From positions 1 through 24,183 of the forward strand of contig JAZDEL010000007.1 in assembly GCA_043808785.1 (NCBI GenBank): a stretch of 24,183 nt of DNA. Direction: 5' to 3'. The number at the start of each line of letters is the position of its first letter. Within the stretch, counting starts at the first letter, position 1. Position numbers and translations under genes: made by a program. This document shows positions 6,831-15,356 of the stretch, in pieces. This DNA is from Candidatus Iainarchaeum sp. Lineage in GTDB: Archaea > Iainarchaeota > Iainarchaeia > Iainarchaeales > JAZDEL01. Under the pieces are notes generated by a model, which was given only the letters and a program-made list of their open reading frames with translations, searched no databases and had not been told where the DNA came from.

Positions 6831-7853
6831 TCAGGGCTTCCCCCCGCCCCTGCCGAGGAACCTGAATGCCGAAACCGCGGCAGTCGCCCCCTCCCCCGCC
6901 GCAACAACAACCTGCTCCACGCCGCCGATAACATCGCCCGCGGCGAAAATTCCCTGCACGCTGCTTTCCATTGTTTCCCTGTTCACGCGCACAAACCCTT
7001 TTTTGTCAGTTTCAATTCCCGCGGATTTTGCAAGTTCGCTGTTCGGCCTTATCCCTATTGAAACAAACACTCCCGAGGAGGGGATTGTTTTTTCCTTTTT
7101 CCCGCCGCCGCGTTCCTTCACCCTGATGCCTTCCACAAAGCCCTTTTCCGTGCCGAGAATTTCCGTAACCTCGCGGTTCAGCAGCACATTCACCTTTTTC
7201 TCCTCAAGCTTGCCCCAGTAAATCCTGTCCGCACCGAGCGCGGGCATGAACTCGACAAGCGTAACGCTTTTGCATATCTCAGCGAGGTAAAGCGCGTATG
7301 TAACGCCCGTGTTCCCTCCCCCGACAACAACAACATCCCTGCCGCGGAAGAACGCACCGTCACAGACCGCGCAGAAACTGACCCCCTTTCCTTTTAATTC
7401 ATCCTCGCCTTTCACGCCCAATTTTTTGTACTGCGAACCGGTTGCGAGAATTATTGCTTTTGCATTTATTTTTTCCGTGCCCTTGCCCTCACCAACCGTA
7501 ACCAAAAACCCGCCCGCGCTATTTTGGCTTTCGCCAAAATGCGCCCATTCGGGCGCACGCCCGAATAGGGCGGGTTTTGTTTTGTTTTTTTCTATTCCCG
7601 AAACCTTTTTCCCTTCCCCTATCTTAACCCCGAACCCTTCCGCTTGCGAGATGAATTTTTCCATAAGTTCCTTTCCCCGCACCTTTCCTGCGCCGGGGTA
7701 GTTCTCTATCTCAACAGCATCCGCGGCCATTCCTCCCGCGTGCTTCGCCTCGAAAATCCGCGCCTTCAGACCGTTGCGCGCGGCGTAAATCGCAGCGGTA
7801 AGCCCCGCAGCGCCGGCGCCCACAATCGCAACATCGACAGTGCTTTCAGCCAT
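6831..7853 (-). CDS. trxB: thioredoxin-disulfide reductase (low-Mr TrxR family) carrying a ~25-aa insertion
   Basis: ORF 6831..7997. The ATG at 7853 gives MAESTVDVAIVGAGAAGLTAAIYAARNG (FAD GxGxxG). Also present: the redox-active CAVCDG, a second dinucleotide motif VVVVGGGNTGV, and C-terminal GIFAAGD. It is about 340 aa where I recall about 310 being typical. The excess maps to KTKPALFGRAPEWAHFGESQNSAGG. Confidence 0.9.
   Translation of the reverse strand: MAESTVDVAIVGAGAAGLTAAIYAARNGLKARIFEAKHAGGMAADAVEIENYPGAGKVRGKELMEKFISQAEGFGVKIGEGKKVSGIEKNKTKPALFGRAPEWAHFGESQNSAGGFLVTVGEGKGTEKINAKAIILATGSQYKKLGVKGEDELKGKGVSFCAVCDGAFFRGRDVVVVGGGNTGVTYALYLAEICKSVTLVEFMPALGADRIYWGKLEEKKVNVLLNREVTEILGTEKGFVEGIRVKERGGGKKEKTIPSSGVFVSIGIRPNSELAKSAGIETDKKGFVRVNRETMESSVQGIFAAGDVIGGVEQVVVAAGEGATAAVSAFRFLGRGGGKP
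7505..7578. repeat. nested-palindrome (three-stem) element embedded in frame within trxB
   Basis: Outer inverted repeat AAAACCCGCCC (7505-7515) / GGGCGGGTTTT (7568-7578). Inner hairpins are ATTTTGGC-TTTC-GCCAAAAT (7521-7540, extendable by GCGC/GCGC) and ATTCGGGCG-CA-CGCCCGAAT (7547-7566). It coincides with the extra 25 codons of trxB. Confidence 0.8.
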
Positions 7854-7989
7854 CGGAACCACTAAATGAGGAATAGCAAAACCGCTATAAAACCTTTTGC
7901 GCAAACTAATTCTGCAGGCGGGTTCGTTTTTAGGGGTTATATGGGCGCTGCAACAGGCGAACCCTTTTGCGCGGCGGGATGTGTATGGC

Positions 7990-9021
7990 ATGGGCACTGC
8001 AATAGGCGAACTTATTGAAAGCGAGCGCGAGGAAATCGACCTTGCATTCCTCAGCGGCAGGAAGGTCGGAATCGATTCCTACAACATCCTCTACCAGTTC
8101 CTCTCAAGCATCCGCGGGCAGGACGGCACGCCGCTGATGGACAGCGAGGGGCGCGTAACCTCGCACCTCACGGGCCTGCTTTACCGCACCGTGAATTTGC
8201 TTGAGAAAGGAATTAAGCCTGTTTTCGTTTTCGACGGCAAACCCTCTGAACTGAAAATGAAAACCCTTCAGGAGCGCGTGAAGATACGCACTGAAGCTGA
8301 AAAAAAGCACAAGGACGCTTTGGAGAAGGGCGACATGGAGGAAGCAAAGAAATACGGCTCCCGCGCGCTGAAACTCACCAAAGAGATGGTTGAGGAGGCG
8401 AAAAAGCTTGTTGAACTGCTCGGCCTGCCGATGGTTGAAGCGCCTTCCGAGGGGGAGGCACAGATTGCGCACATGGTGATGAAAGGCGAACTGTACGGGT
8501 GTGTTACTCAGGATTATGATGCCCTGCTCTTTGGCGCGCCCGTGCTCCTGCGCAACGTCGCCTCAACGGGCAGGCGCAAGGTGCCTGGAAAGAACCTTTA
8601 CATCGATATCAGCCCCGAGAAAATCGAACTCGAACGCGTGCTGAAAAGCCTGAACATAACCCGCCGGAAATTAATCTGGCTCGGCATTCTTATAGGCACG
8701 GATTTCAACGAGAAATTCCCGCGCATTGGGCCGAAGACAGCGCTTGAGCTTGTGCGGGAGCACGATAGTTTCGAGGAAATAATTTCAAAAACAAAGCACG
8801 GGCCGGAGTTTGATTACAAGGATATCGAGGAACTTTTCATGAAGCCGAAAACCACTGCGGATTACACGATAAAATTCTCCGCGCCGCAGAAAGAGGGGGT
8901 AATAGAGCTCCTCTGCGAGGAACATGACTTCTCCGAGGAAAGGGTGAAGAGCGCGCTTTCAAAACTCGAGGCAAAGGCTTCCGAGAAAGGCGAGCAGTCC
9001 AGGCTGGGGCAGTGGGTGTGA
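7990..9021 (+). CDS. fen: flap endonuclease 1 (FEN-1)
   Basis: ORF 7897..9021 (TTG). The ATG at 7990 gives MGTAIGELI..., the canonical FEN-1 N-terminus. Also present: GIDSYNILYQFL, VFVFDGKPSELK, EGEAQIAHM, QDYDALLFGAP and GIGPKTALELV motifs. Confidence 0.92.
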   Translation: MGTAIGELIESEREEIDLAFLSGRKVGIDSYNILYQFLSSIRGQDGTPLMDSEGRVTSHLTGLLYRTVNLLEKGIKPVFVFDGKPSELKMKTLQERVKIRTEAEKKHKDALEKGDMEEAKKYGSRALKLTKEMVEEAKKLVELLGLPMVEAPSEGEAQIAHMVMKGELYGCVTQDYDALLFGAPVLLRNVASTGRRKVPGKNLYIDISPEKIELERVLKSLNITRRKLIWLGILIGTDFNEKFPRIGPKTALELVREHDSFEEIISKTKHGPEFDYKDIEELFMKPKTTADYTIKFSAPQKEGVIELLCEEHDFSEERVKSALSKLEAKASEKGEQSRLGQWV

Positions 9022-10163
9022 TTTCTTTGGCGCGCGGCAGTTTCACATATTTGCAGCCGACGAAAATAATTTTCGGCGCGGGTTCCTTTTCCCGTGCAGG
9101 CGAGCTTGCAAAGCCCTGCACGCCCAAAAAAACCCTGCTTGTTACGGGCAGGAGTTCGATGCGCAAATTCGGCTTCGTGCAGAAACTGGAAAAGCAAATG
9201 CGCGCCCCCGGTTCCGAAGTTATCCTTTACGAAAAAATTTCCCAAAACCCTCCCGAGGGGGAGGTTGATGAGGGCGCGGAAATTTGCAGGCGTGAGGGCA
9301 TCGATTTCGTAGTCGCGCTCGGAGGGGGTTCGGCAATGGATGCGGGAAAAGCCATTGCCGCGCTCGCGCGAAATGAAGGGAAATGCCGCGATTACTTGAT
9401 TGGCAGGAAAACATTCGCGTGTAAGGGCTTACCCTGCATGTGCATCCCCACAACAAGCGGCACAAGCAGCGAGATTTCCCGCTACTCCGTAATCACGCTC
9501 ATGCCCGAAAACAAAAAGAAGGGCATGGCATCCGGATTTTTGCATGCCGACCTCGCGCTCATAGACCCCGAACTTGCGAAAACAATGCCCCCCGATGTTA
9601 CCGCGGCAACAGGCCTCGACGTGCTTGCGCACGCTGTGGAGGCATACTGGAACACCGCATCCGACCCGATAAGCAGGAACAATGCGCTCAAGGCGATCGA
9701 GCTTGTCAGTGCAAACCTCCCCCGCGCATACAAAAACGGCGGCAACATGCAGGCGCGCACAAACATGTCCTTATCCACAATTTTCGCGGGCTTAGCATTC
9801 AACGGCCCGGGCACAACCTCCCTGCACGCCGTGAGTTATTACCTCACCACAAACTTCGGCCTTGCGCACGGCAGCGCTTGTGCAATAGCAATGCCCGCAT
9901 TCATGCGCTTCAACGCGGAGAAGGATAAGCATACACTTCTTGAAATATCGCGCGCAATGGGGCAGCGCGATGTGGAATCCGCTGCGCAGTTTGTGGAGCG
10001 CCTCCTTAAACGGATGAACGTCCCTACCCATCTTTCCCAAATAGGCGCAACTGAAAAAGGCCTTGACGCGATAGTCAAGGATTCGATGCGCCCGAACATG
10101 CTCAGGAACCCGAGAAGGGTAAGCGAAAAGGAACTTAAAAAACTCCTCCGCGGGATTCTGTAA
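9012..10163 (+). CDS. iron-containing (group III) alcohol dehydrogenase family oxidoreductase
   Basis: 383 aa. The start is probably GTG at 9012 (or 9018), overlapping the fen stop by 4-10 nt. The N-terminal P.KIIFGAGSF, GGGSAMDAGKAIA, and His-rich metal-site regions (LAHAVEAYW, HAVSY, LAHGSA) are typical of Fe-ADH. Substrate not assignable. Confidence 0.8.
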   Translation: MGVISLARGSFTYLQPTKIIFGAGSFSRAGELAKPCTPKKTLLVTGRSSMRKFGFVQKLEKQMRAPGSEVILYEKISQNPPEGEVDEGAEICRREGIDFVVALGGGSAMDAGKAIAALARNEGKCRDYLIGRKTFACKGLPCMCIPTTSGTSSEISRYSVITLMPENKKKGMASGFLHADLALIDPELAKTMPPDVTAATGLDVLAHAVEAYWNTASDPISRNNALKAIELVSANLPRAYKNGGNMQARTNMSLSTIFAGLAFNGPGTTSLHAVSYYLTTNFGLAHGSACAIAMPAFMRFNAEKDKHTLLEISRAMGQRDVESAAQFVERLLKRMNVPTHLSQIGATEKGLDAIVKDSMRPNMLRNPRRVSEKELKKLLRGIL

Positions 10164-10165
10164 AC

Positions 10166-10720
10166 TTATTTATAGCCGCGCTTTTTCGCGAAATATTTTG
10201 TCAAATCATATGCCCCAATGTAAACCGCCATTGCCCAAAACACAATCCACTCTCCGTAAATGGCACAATACACGAAAGCAGGCACAGGGTAATAAAACAT
10301 AACCTCGTTCAGCCTGAGCGCGGAAACCAGTTTTATTTTTTTGTTTCCGACCGCCTCTGAATAGTCCTTCAGGGAGCCGAAAATCAGGAACACGCAGTAA
10401 AATGCCAAAAACAAAAACGGCTCGAACACGGATGATGCGAGGAAGCCGATTATTATCGTCGATGCGGCAATCCCGTGGTTTATGAAATCCAGCCTGTTCC
10501 TGATTATGAATGCGATGTTCATCGCCAGTATTACATTTGCAAGTGCATTGTTGCTGAGAACCAGAAGAACGCCGAACGCGCCCCATAACGCCCCGAAGAG
10601 AACCGCGCTGCCCCTGAACAATTTCAGCCCGTGTTCATTGAGCAGATCGGCGGTTTTCATGGTTACGCCGTAAAGCGCGGCGTAAAGCAAAACCATCGGA
10701 AACGAAAATAGCCCGAACAC
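10166..10720 (-). CDS. integral membrane protein, unknown function
   Basis: 184-aa ORF with about 6 hydrophobic segments. GTG start at 10720 (alternative ATG at 10696). The TATA-like AAAAATATATTAACC lies about 30 nt upstream of 10720. Confidence 0.5.
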   Translation of the reverse strand: MFGLFSFPMVLLYAALYGVTMKTADLLNEHGLKLFRGSAVLFGALWGAFGVLLVLSNNALANVILAMNIAFIIRNRLDFINHGIAASTIIIGFLASSVFEPFLFLAFYCVFLIFGSLKDYSEAVGNKKIKLVSALRLNEVMFYYPVPAFVYCAIYGEWIVFWAMAVYIGAYDLTKYFAKKRGYK

Positions 10721-10763
10721 AATATCCCTGATGCGCTTTTGGTTAATATATTTTTTGGTTTGC

Positions 10764-11966
10764 TCAGCCAGGCTTGCCTAAAACTTCCGCAACCGTATAA
10801 TGCGAGCCGCAAACCAGTATCAAATCCTTTTTTCCCGCGATTTTTTTCGCTTTTTTAAGCGCGGCATTTATGCTGGCTGCCAACTCATACTTTCCCCTTG
10901 CCCGTTTCTGCTGTCCTAAAAATTGTGCAACTTTTCCCTTCGCCAGCGCGCGCGGGTTTTTGGGCTGCGAGATTATCGCATAATCAAAAGGCAGCACGCG
11001 CAGCATTTTCCTGAAATCCTTGCGCTCAACGCAGCCGAAGACGATAATTAAGCGTTCGTGCCGGAACTGCGGCTCCTTTAGCGCCCGCGCAACAACTGCG
11101 CATCCCCCCGGGTTATGTGCCACATCCGCTACAACAAGCGGCGTCCTCCCTACAACCTGCATCCTCCCCGGCCATTTAACCTCCGCAAGCCCCTTTTTTA
11201 TTTCATTTTCGCTGACGGAAATCCCAAATTCGCGCAGCGCCTTTACCGCGGCAACCGCGAGTGCGGCATTCCTCAACTGGTGCCTGCCCTGCAATCCAAT
11301 TCTCGGGATCGCCCGCGCGCGCGGAACTATTATTTTCGAGCGCCTTGCGCGCGCGATTTTAGAAATTTCCCCGAAACCCGCATTATCGCGCATCACAACC
11401 GTAACCGAACCCCGCTTTATTATGCCGCCCTTCTCGCGCGCGATTTTCTGCACGGTTTTCCCCAGGGTTTCGGTGTGCTCGAGTGAAATATCCGTTATCA
11501 CGTTCACAGTGCCGCGCATTATGTTCGTTGCGTCAAGCCTCCCCCCTAAGCCGACCTCGATAACCGCAACCTCGACTCCCTTCCGCATGAAATACAGGAT
11601 AGCCATCGCAGTCATGTACTCGAAATACGTGGGCACGCTCCGCATGGCCTTTGCCGCATGCCGCAGTTCAGAAAGCAGCGCGGCAAATTCGCGCTTCGGA
11701 ATTTTCCCCCCGTTAACCCGTATCCTTTCCCTCACTTCAAGTAGGTGCGGGGATGTGTACATTCCCGCCCTGTGTTTCTGTCCCAGAATTTGTGCAACCA
11801 TTGCGGTTGTGCTCCCCTTCCCGTTAGTGCCCGTAACATGCACAACAGTGAAAGCAGCAGAATATGCCCCCGCCCTTGCGGCAAGCTCCCTCACATTATC
11901 CAGCCCAAACCCCCTGTGCGGGTTTTTTAATTTGTTGAGGAATTTCAGTGCGCTTTCATAGTTCAT
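10764..11966 (-). CDS. folC: folylpolyglutamate synthase / dihydrofolate synthase (Mur-ligase family, FolC)
   Basis: ORF 10764..12020. The ATG at 11966 gives MNYESALKFLNKL. The P-loop VHVTGTNGKGST, then YTSPHLLEVRERIRVNG, are characteristic of FolC. Confidence 0.85.
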   Translation of the reverse strand: MNYESALKFLNKLKNPHRGFGLDNVRELAARAGAYSAAFTVVHVTGTNGKGSTTAMVAQILGQKHRAGMYTSPHLLEVRERIRVNGGKIPKREFAALLSELRHAAKAMRSVPTYFEYMTAMAILYFMRKGVEVAVIEVGLGGRLDATNIMRGTVNVITDISLEHTETLGKTVQKIAREKGGIIKRGSVTVVMRDNAGFGEISKIARARRSKIIVPRARAIPRIGLQGRHQLRNAALAVAAVKALREFGISVSENEIKKGLAEVKWPGRMQVVGRTPLVVADVAHNPGGCAVVARALKEPQFRHERLIIVFGCVERKDFRKMLRVLPFDYAIISQPKNPRALAKGKVAQFLGQQKRARGKYELAASINAALKKAKKIAGKKDLILVCGSHYTVAEVLGKPG

Positions 11967-11979
11967 AGTATTCCCCGAT

Positions 11980-12681
11980 TCATTTCCACCCGAACTCCCC
12001 GCGCAAAGGGACGAAAGCAAACTGCGTTCCCAGATATTCGTCCTTCATCATTTCCCCCCTGAATTTCCTCACCCTTACCATGGATTGCGCCCACCTGTCC
12101 CCCACAGGCGCGACAATCGCCCCGCGCTCCGCCAATTGCTCCCAGAGCGGTTTCGGCACGTAAGGGCATGCAGCGCTGAGCAGTATCCTGTCAAACTGCC
12201 CCTTCCCCCGCAAGCCGAGCGTGCCGTCGCCATTAACCACCTCGGCATTCCCCGCCCCCGTTTTTTCAAGGTTTTTTTTGCAAATTTCAAGCAGTTCATC
12301 AACAATCTCAATCCCGAAAACCCCGCCAATCCCCCCTACTATGTGCGAGAGGAGGGCAAGAACATAGCCGCACCCTGCGCCCACTTCCAGAACCTTCTGC
12401 CCCTCCTGCGCATCCAGCATCTCCAGCATTATCGCAATCGTGCTCGGCTGGGAAATCGTCTGCCCGAACCCTATTGCCACCGCCTCATCGGCATAAGCAT
12501 CGGCGCGCGCCTCCTCCGGCACAAAATCCTCGCGCCTCACTGCAAGGAACGCATCAGCAACACTTTTGCTTCTTACAGCTCCCGAGCCGCGCATGTACTC
12601 CACAAGCTGCGTTCTCCTCATTTCGAAAAATTTTTCAGTTTCACCGCGGGCCCCATTGCGCCCCGCTGCGCGGCATTTCAT
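11980..12681 (-). CDS. pcm: protein-L-isoaspartate O-methyltransferase
   Basis: 233 aa. Motifs: VRREDFVP, IGFGQTISQPSTIAIMLE, the SAM motif VLEVGAGCGY, and PLWEQLAERGAIVAPVG. The ATG at 12681 overlaps the upstream gene's stop (ATGA), supporting this start. Confidence 0.9.
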   Translation of the reverse strand: MKCRAAGRNGARGETEKFFEMRRTQLVEYMRGSGAVRSKSVADAFLAVRREDFVPEEARADAYADEAVAIGFGQTISQPSTIAIMLEMLDAQEGQKVLEVGAGCGYVLALLSHIVGGIGGVFGIEIVDELLEICKKNLEKTGAGNAEVVNGDGTLGLRGKGQFDRILLSAACPYVPKPLWEQLAERGAIVAPVGDRWAQSMVRVRKFRGEMMKDEYLGTQFAFVPLRGEFGWK

Positions 12682-13676
12682 TGCTGCTTCCTCCCCTTCC
12701 TCTCCCTCACAAGCTTCATCAAATCCCTGCCCCTGCTCAGCGTGTCCAGCTCCTCCTCCCTCACTACAGGTATGCCCTCCGCTGTTTCATTCCTGAATTC
12801 CTTCGCGATTATTATCCCCTCATGCCCGAGCGCATCCCTTGTTTTTCCCAGCTCAAGCGCCCTGTGCACCACTTCCCTTTTCCCCTTTCCCTTGCCTATG
12901 AGCAGTTCATCCCCATACCCCGAATACGCCCTGAATGGCGCGTGCCTGAAAAGCGCAAGCTCAAGCCCCAAATCATGTATCTTCCTCATCACATCATCGT
13001 CCATCTCCCTGTCGAACTCCTCAACATCCGCGGGCCTGAAAATATCCACATGCCTTATTATGCTTGCATGCAGTACGCGCTCCAGCCTCTTTGCAGCCTC
13101 AAGAGTTGCCGACGCCCCTTTCTCATACCTGTGCACGCTCTCCGCGCTCGAATCGGCCTTTTCGGCAAGTTCCTCAAGTGTCAGCCCGAGTTTCTTTCTC
13201 CTCTCCTTTAATTTCTCCGCATCGAGGCAAACAAGCTCCCTGCCCTTAAAATACCTCACATCCGGCATTTTTTCCTCAAGCACGCCCCTGAGCGAATTTG
13301 CAGTGAGCACGGGTATGCCGTACCTCTCGTAAACCGTGCCGTCCTTAAGCGTGAATGCCTTAGTCTTCTCCCCGACAATGAGCACATCTATCCCCAGCAC
13401 CCTGCCCAGCTTCCCAAGTTCCTGCGCCTGCGCAGGCCTTATCGCGTCTATGTTCCCGTAAACCTTCACAGCAAGCGTCGCATTCGCGCCCCTCGCAATC
13501 ATGTCAAAGCACGAATTCGTGTGCGTGAACATGCTTATCCCGAAGCCGTGCGAATGCAGCAGGGTTACGACATGCTTCAGCAGTTCCTCCCTGCCTATCA
13601 CAAAACCCCCGCCCACATTTCCGTGCACAGCCGGCAGTGCAGCGGTGCCGCGCCTCCGCGCGCACCCGTCCCGCAC
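12678..13676 (-). CDS. archaeal putative HTH-type transcriptional regulator (COG1395 / MJ1164-like, central XRE-type HTH)
   Basis: Motifs: SCFDMIARG...LAVKVYGNIDAI...LIVGEK....YERYGIPVL, then the HTH module LKERRKKLGLTLEELAEKADSSAESVHRYEKG. The architecture matches the conserved archaeal ~320-aa family. Start uncertain: GTG at 13676 is the longest. GTG at 13601 (MIGREELL...), preceded by GGCGGGGG, fits family N-termini better. Confidence 0.75.
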   Translation of the reverse strand: MRDGCARRRGTAALPAVHGNVGGGFVIGREELLKHVVTLLHSHGFGISMFTHTNSCFDMIARGANATLAVKVYGNIDAIRPAQAQELGKLGRVLGIDVLIVGEKTKAFTLKDGTVYERYGIPVLTANSLRGVLEEKMPDVRYFKGRELVCLDAEKLKERRKKLGLTLEELAEKADSSAESVHRYEKGASATLEAAKRLERVLHASIIRHVDIFRPADVEEFDREMDDDVMRKIHDLGLELALFRHAPFRAYSGYGDELLIGKGKGKREVVHRALELGKTRDALGHEGIIIAKEFRNETAEGIPVVREEELDTLSRGRDLMKLVRERKGRKQQ

Positions 13677-13690
13677 TTTCTTCCCGCCAT

Positions 13691-14527
13691 TTACATCACG
13701 CCCCCGAGGAACGCAAGCAGCGCAATCCCCATAGCATACTTGCTCCAGCGCTGGGCATCCGCAAACTTCCCATTAACCACGCGGTATGAGGAAATGCAGA
13801 ACGCAATTGCCGCAACAGCCATGAGCGGCGGGTAAAGTGCGCCGTGCAGCATTCCCCCGGCCCAAACGAAAAACGCGAGCGCGAGGGATAAGCAGTAAAG
13901 CAGGAGCACGGTTGCGATAACCGCCGCCCGCGGCAGCAGCATCGGCAGCGTCCTCTTCACGCCCTTGTCCTTTCCCAAATCCTGCATATCCTTTATTATT
14001 TCCCTTGCCGCATTCGCAAGGAGCGCGCAGAGCGCGAGGTAAGCAACCGCGGCATAGTTGCCCGTGATTGTTGCGCCGTAGACAAGCGTCAGCGCAGTTC
14101 CCGCGGCAACAACCCAGTTCCCCGCGAATTTATAATTCCGCATCCATGCGGAGTAGGCAAAGAGCAGCGCGGAATAAACCGCTGCAATCGCGAACGCGCT
14201 TATGTTCACTGCCAGCGAAACCGCAATCCCCGCAGTGAACAAAGCCAGCGCAAGGTTCCTCGCCCCCGCTTTCGAAACCCTGCCAGACGGTACGGGTTTT
14301 TTCGGGCTTATCCTTCCGTCAATCTCCGCATCGTAATAATCGTTTATCGCATGCCCCGCCCCGCATATCAAAAATGCGGAAACCAGTGCAGGCACGAGCG
14401 CCTGCGTGAAATTCACGCCCCCCGCGGCAACGGCAAACCCTATGAAAACCGCAATTGCGGCCATTGCACAGTTCCATGGGCGCAAAAGCCCAAGAATTGC
14501 CTCGGCATTAAGGCTCATAGTCCCCAT
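13691..14527 (-). CDS. UbiA-family prenyltransferase, probably digeranylgeranylglyceryl phosphate (DGGGP) synthase
   Basis: 278 aa, polytopic. LRPWNCAM..., the Asp-rich motif GHAINDYYDAEIDGRISPKKPVPSGRVS, and a second motif region IIKDMQDLGKDK. The size and motifs fit the archaeal lipid-synthesis enzyme. TATA-like ATTTAAATAAATA lies about 25-30 nt upstream of the ATG. Confidence 0.75.
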   Translation of the reverse strand: MGTMSLNAEAILGLLRPWNCAMAAIAVFIGFAVAAGGVNFTQALVPALVSAFLICGAGHAINDYYDAEIDGRISPKKPVPSGRVSKAGARNLALALFTAGIAVSLAVNISAFAIAAVYSALLFAYSAWMRNYKFAGNWVVAAGTALTLVYGATITGNYAAVAYLALCALLANAAREIIKDMQDLGKDKGVKRTLPMLLPRAAVIATVLLLYCLSLALAFFVWAGGMLHGALYPPLMAVAAIAFCISSYRVVNGKFADAQRWSKYAMGIALLAFLGGVM

Positions 14528-14574
14528 ATATGTGAAATAAGAAGTTATTTATTTAAATAGCCGTTTGCCCGCAC

Positions 14575-15261
14575 TCAGCAGTCGGTTGCAGTGGTGCTGA
14601 CCAGGCCGGTAACATATGTATTGTCCGGGAACACGACCCTTATAGTCACATTGGATGCACTGCCGACCCTGAGTGCCCTTCCGCCCGATATGTCCGAAAC
14701 AAGGTTCACGATCGCGTTGTCGTTTGCCGCTATGTTGAACTTGCCTTCCCCCTCGGTGGAATCCTCACTCCCGCTTGCACTTGCCAAAACCTTCAGGGTT
14801 CCGGAAACCTTCAGCGTGCTGCTGCCGTTGTTCTCTATTTCTATGCTCTTCAGCATCTTGGTGCCGCCGTCGCACAGGTATTTGCTGTCGCTTATTTTGA
14901 TGTCCTTTGCAGCGGTAAGTTCGGCTTGAGGCTCCGGTTCAGGTGCCGCAGCAGGTTCAGTTGCAGAATCCTCCGCAGGTGCCGCCGCTGTTCCGCCGTT
15001 GTTTGCCGGAGTTTTTGTTGCCGCCGTGCCGCTGCCCGATGCAACGTTTCCGGAAACCGTTGTCCCGCCGGTTATTGCGGAACTTCCCGCGCCTGTCGCC
15101 TGCGGCGCCGCAAAGCACGCCCCGGGCTGCAGGACGAAGCAGTAAATCCCCGCGCCCGCAACAATAAGCAGCAGGAGCCCTGCAAGAAGAACAATGATAA
15201 GCGCGGCAACGCCGATTACAATCCACGATGCCCTGTCCATACCTGCATATTCAAGTTGCAT
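14575..15261 (-). CDS. membrane-anchored surface protein, unknown function
   Basis: 228 aa. It has an N-terminal TM helix (WIVIGVAALIIVLLAGLLLLIVAGAGIY), a G/A/T/S-rich linker, and a beta-rich C-terminal domain of about 110 aa ending in Cys. Confidence 0.55.
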   Translation of the reverse strand: MQLEYAGMDRASWIVIGVAALIIVLLAGLLLLIVAGAGIYCFVLQPGACFAAPQATGAGSSAITGGTTVSGNVASGSGTAATKTPANNGGTAAAPAEDSATEPAAAPEPEPQAELTAAKDIKISDSKYLCDGGTKMLKSIEIENNGSSTLKVSGTLKVLASASGSEDSTEGEGKFNIAANDNAIVNLVSDISGGRALRVGSASNVTIRVVFPDNTYVTGLVSTTATDC

Positions 15262-15310
15262 AGTGTTTAAATAACTTGCTCAATTTTTTCGCGGCCCGTG
15301 CCGTGCCTGA

Positions 15311-15329
15311 TAAAACGTTATAAAACGTT
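15311..15329 (+). promoter_or_regulatory. thi operon promoter region: tandem TAAAACGTT repeat overlapping a TATA-like box
   Basis: TAAAACGTTA-TAAAACGTTC places two palindromic AACGTT hexamers exactly 10 nt apart. The embedded GTTATAAAAC is TATA-like and lies about 26-35 nt upstream of the thiM start candidates. Confidence 0.45.
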
Positions 15330-15356
15330 CCATACCCTATTTCATCGGTGCCCTTT

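Noticed and set aside
6831-7853. trxB as a pseudogene disrupted by the palindromic insertion
   Set aside because: The insertion is a multiple of 3, introduces no stop, and all catalytic and cofactor motifs flanking it are intact. I treat the gene as functional with an in-frame insert.
11020-11961. 313-aa ORF on the + strand
   Set aside because: It is antisense to folC, whose Mur-ligase motifs are unambiguous. Its composition (S/T/A/P/R-rich) is non-protein-like.
12085-13332. 415-aa ORF on the + strand (plus the 245-aa ORF 12474..13211)
   Set aside because: It is entirely antisense to the well-supported pcm and HTH-regulator genes. The translation is S/P/L/F-rich low complexity with no motifs, as is typical for shadow ORFs in GC-biased coding DNA.
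15262-15356. Possible TPP riboswitch upstream of thiM
   Set aside because: Only about 85-95 nt are available. The conserved CUGAGA and the pyrophosphate-sensor helix sequences are absent, and no P1-P5 architecture can be drawn.
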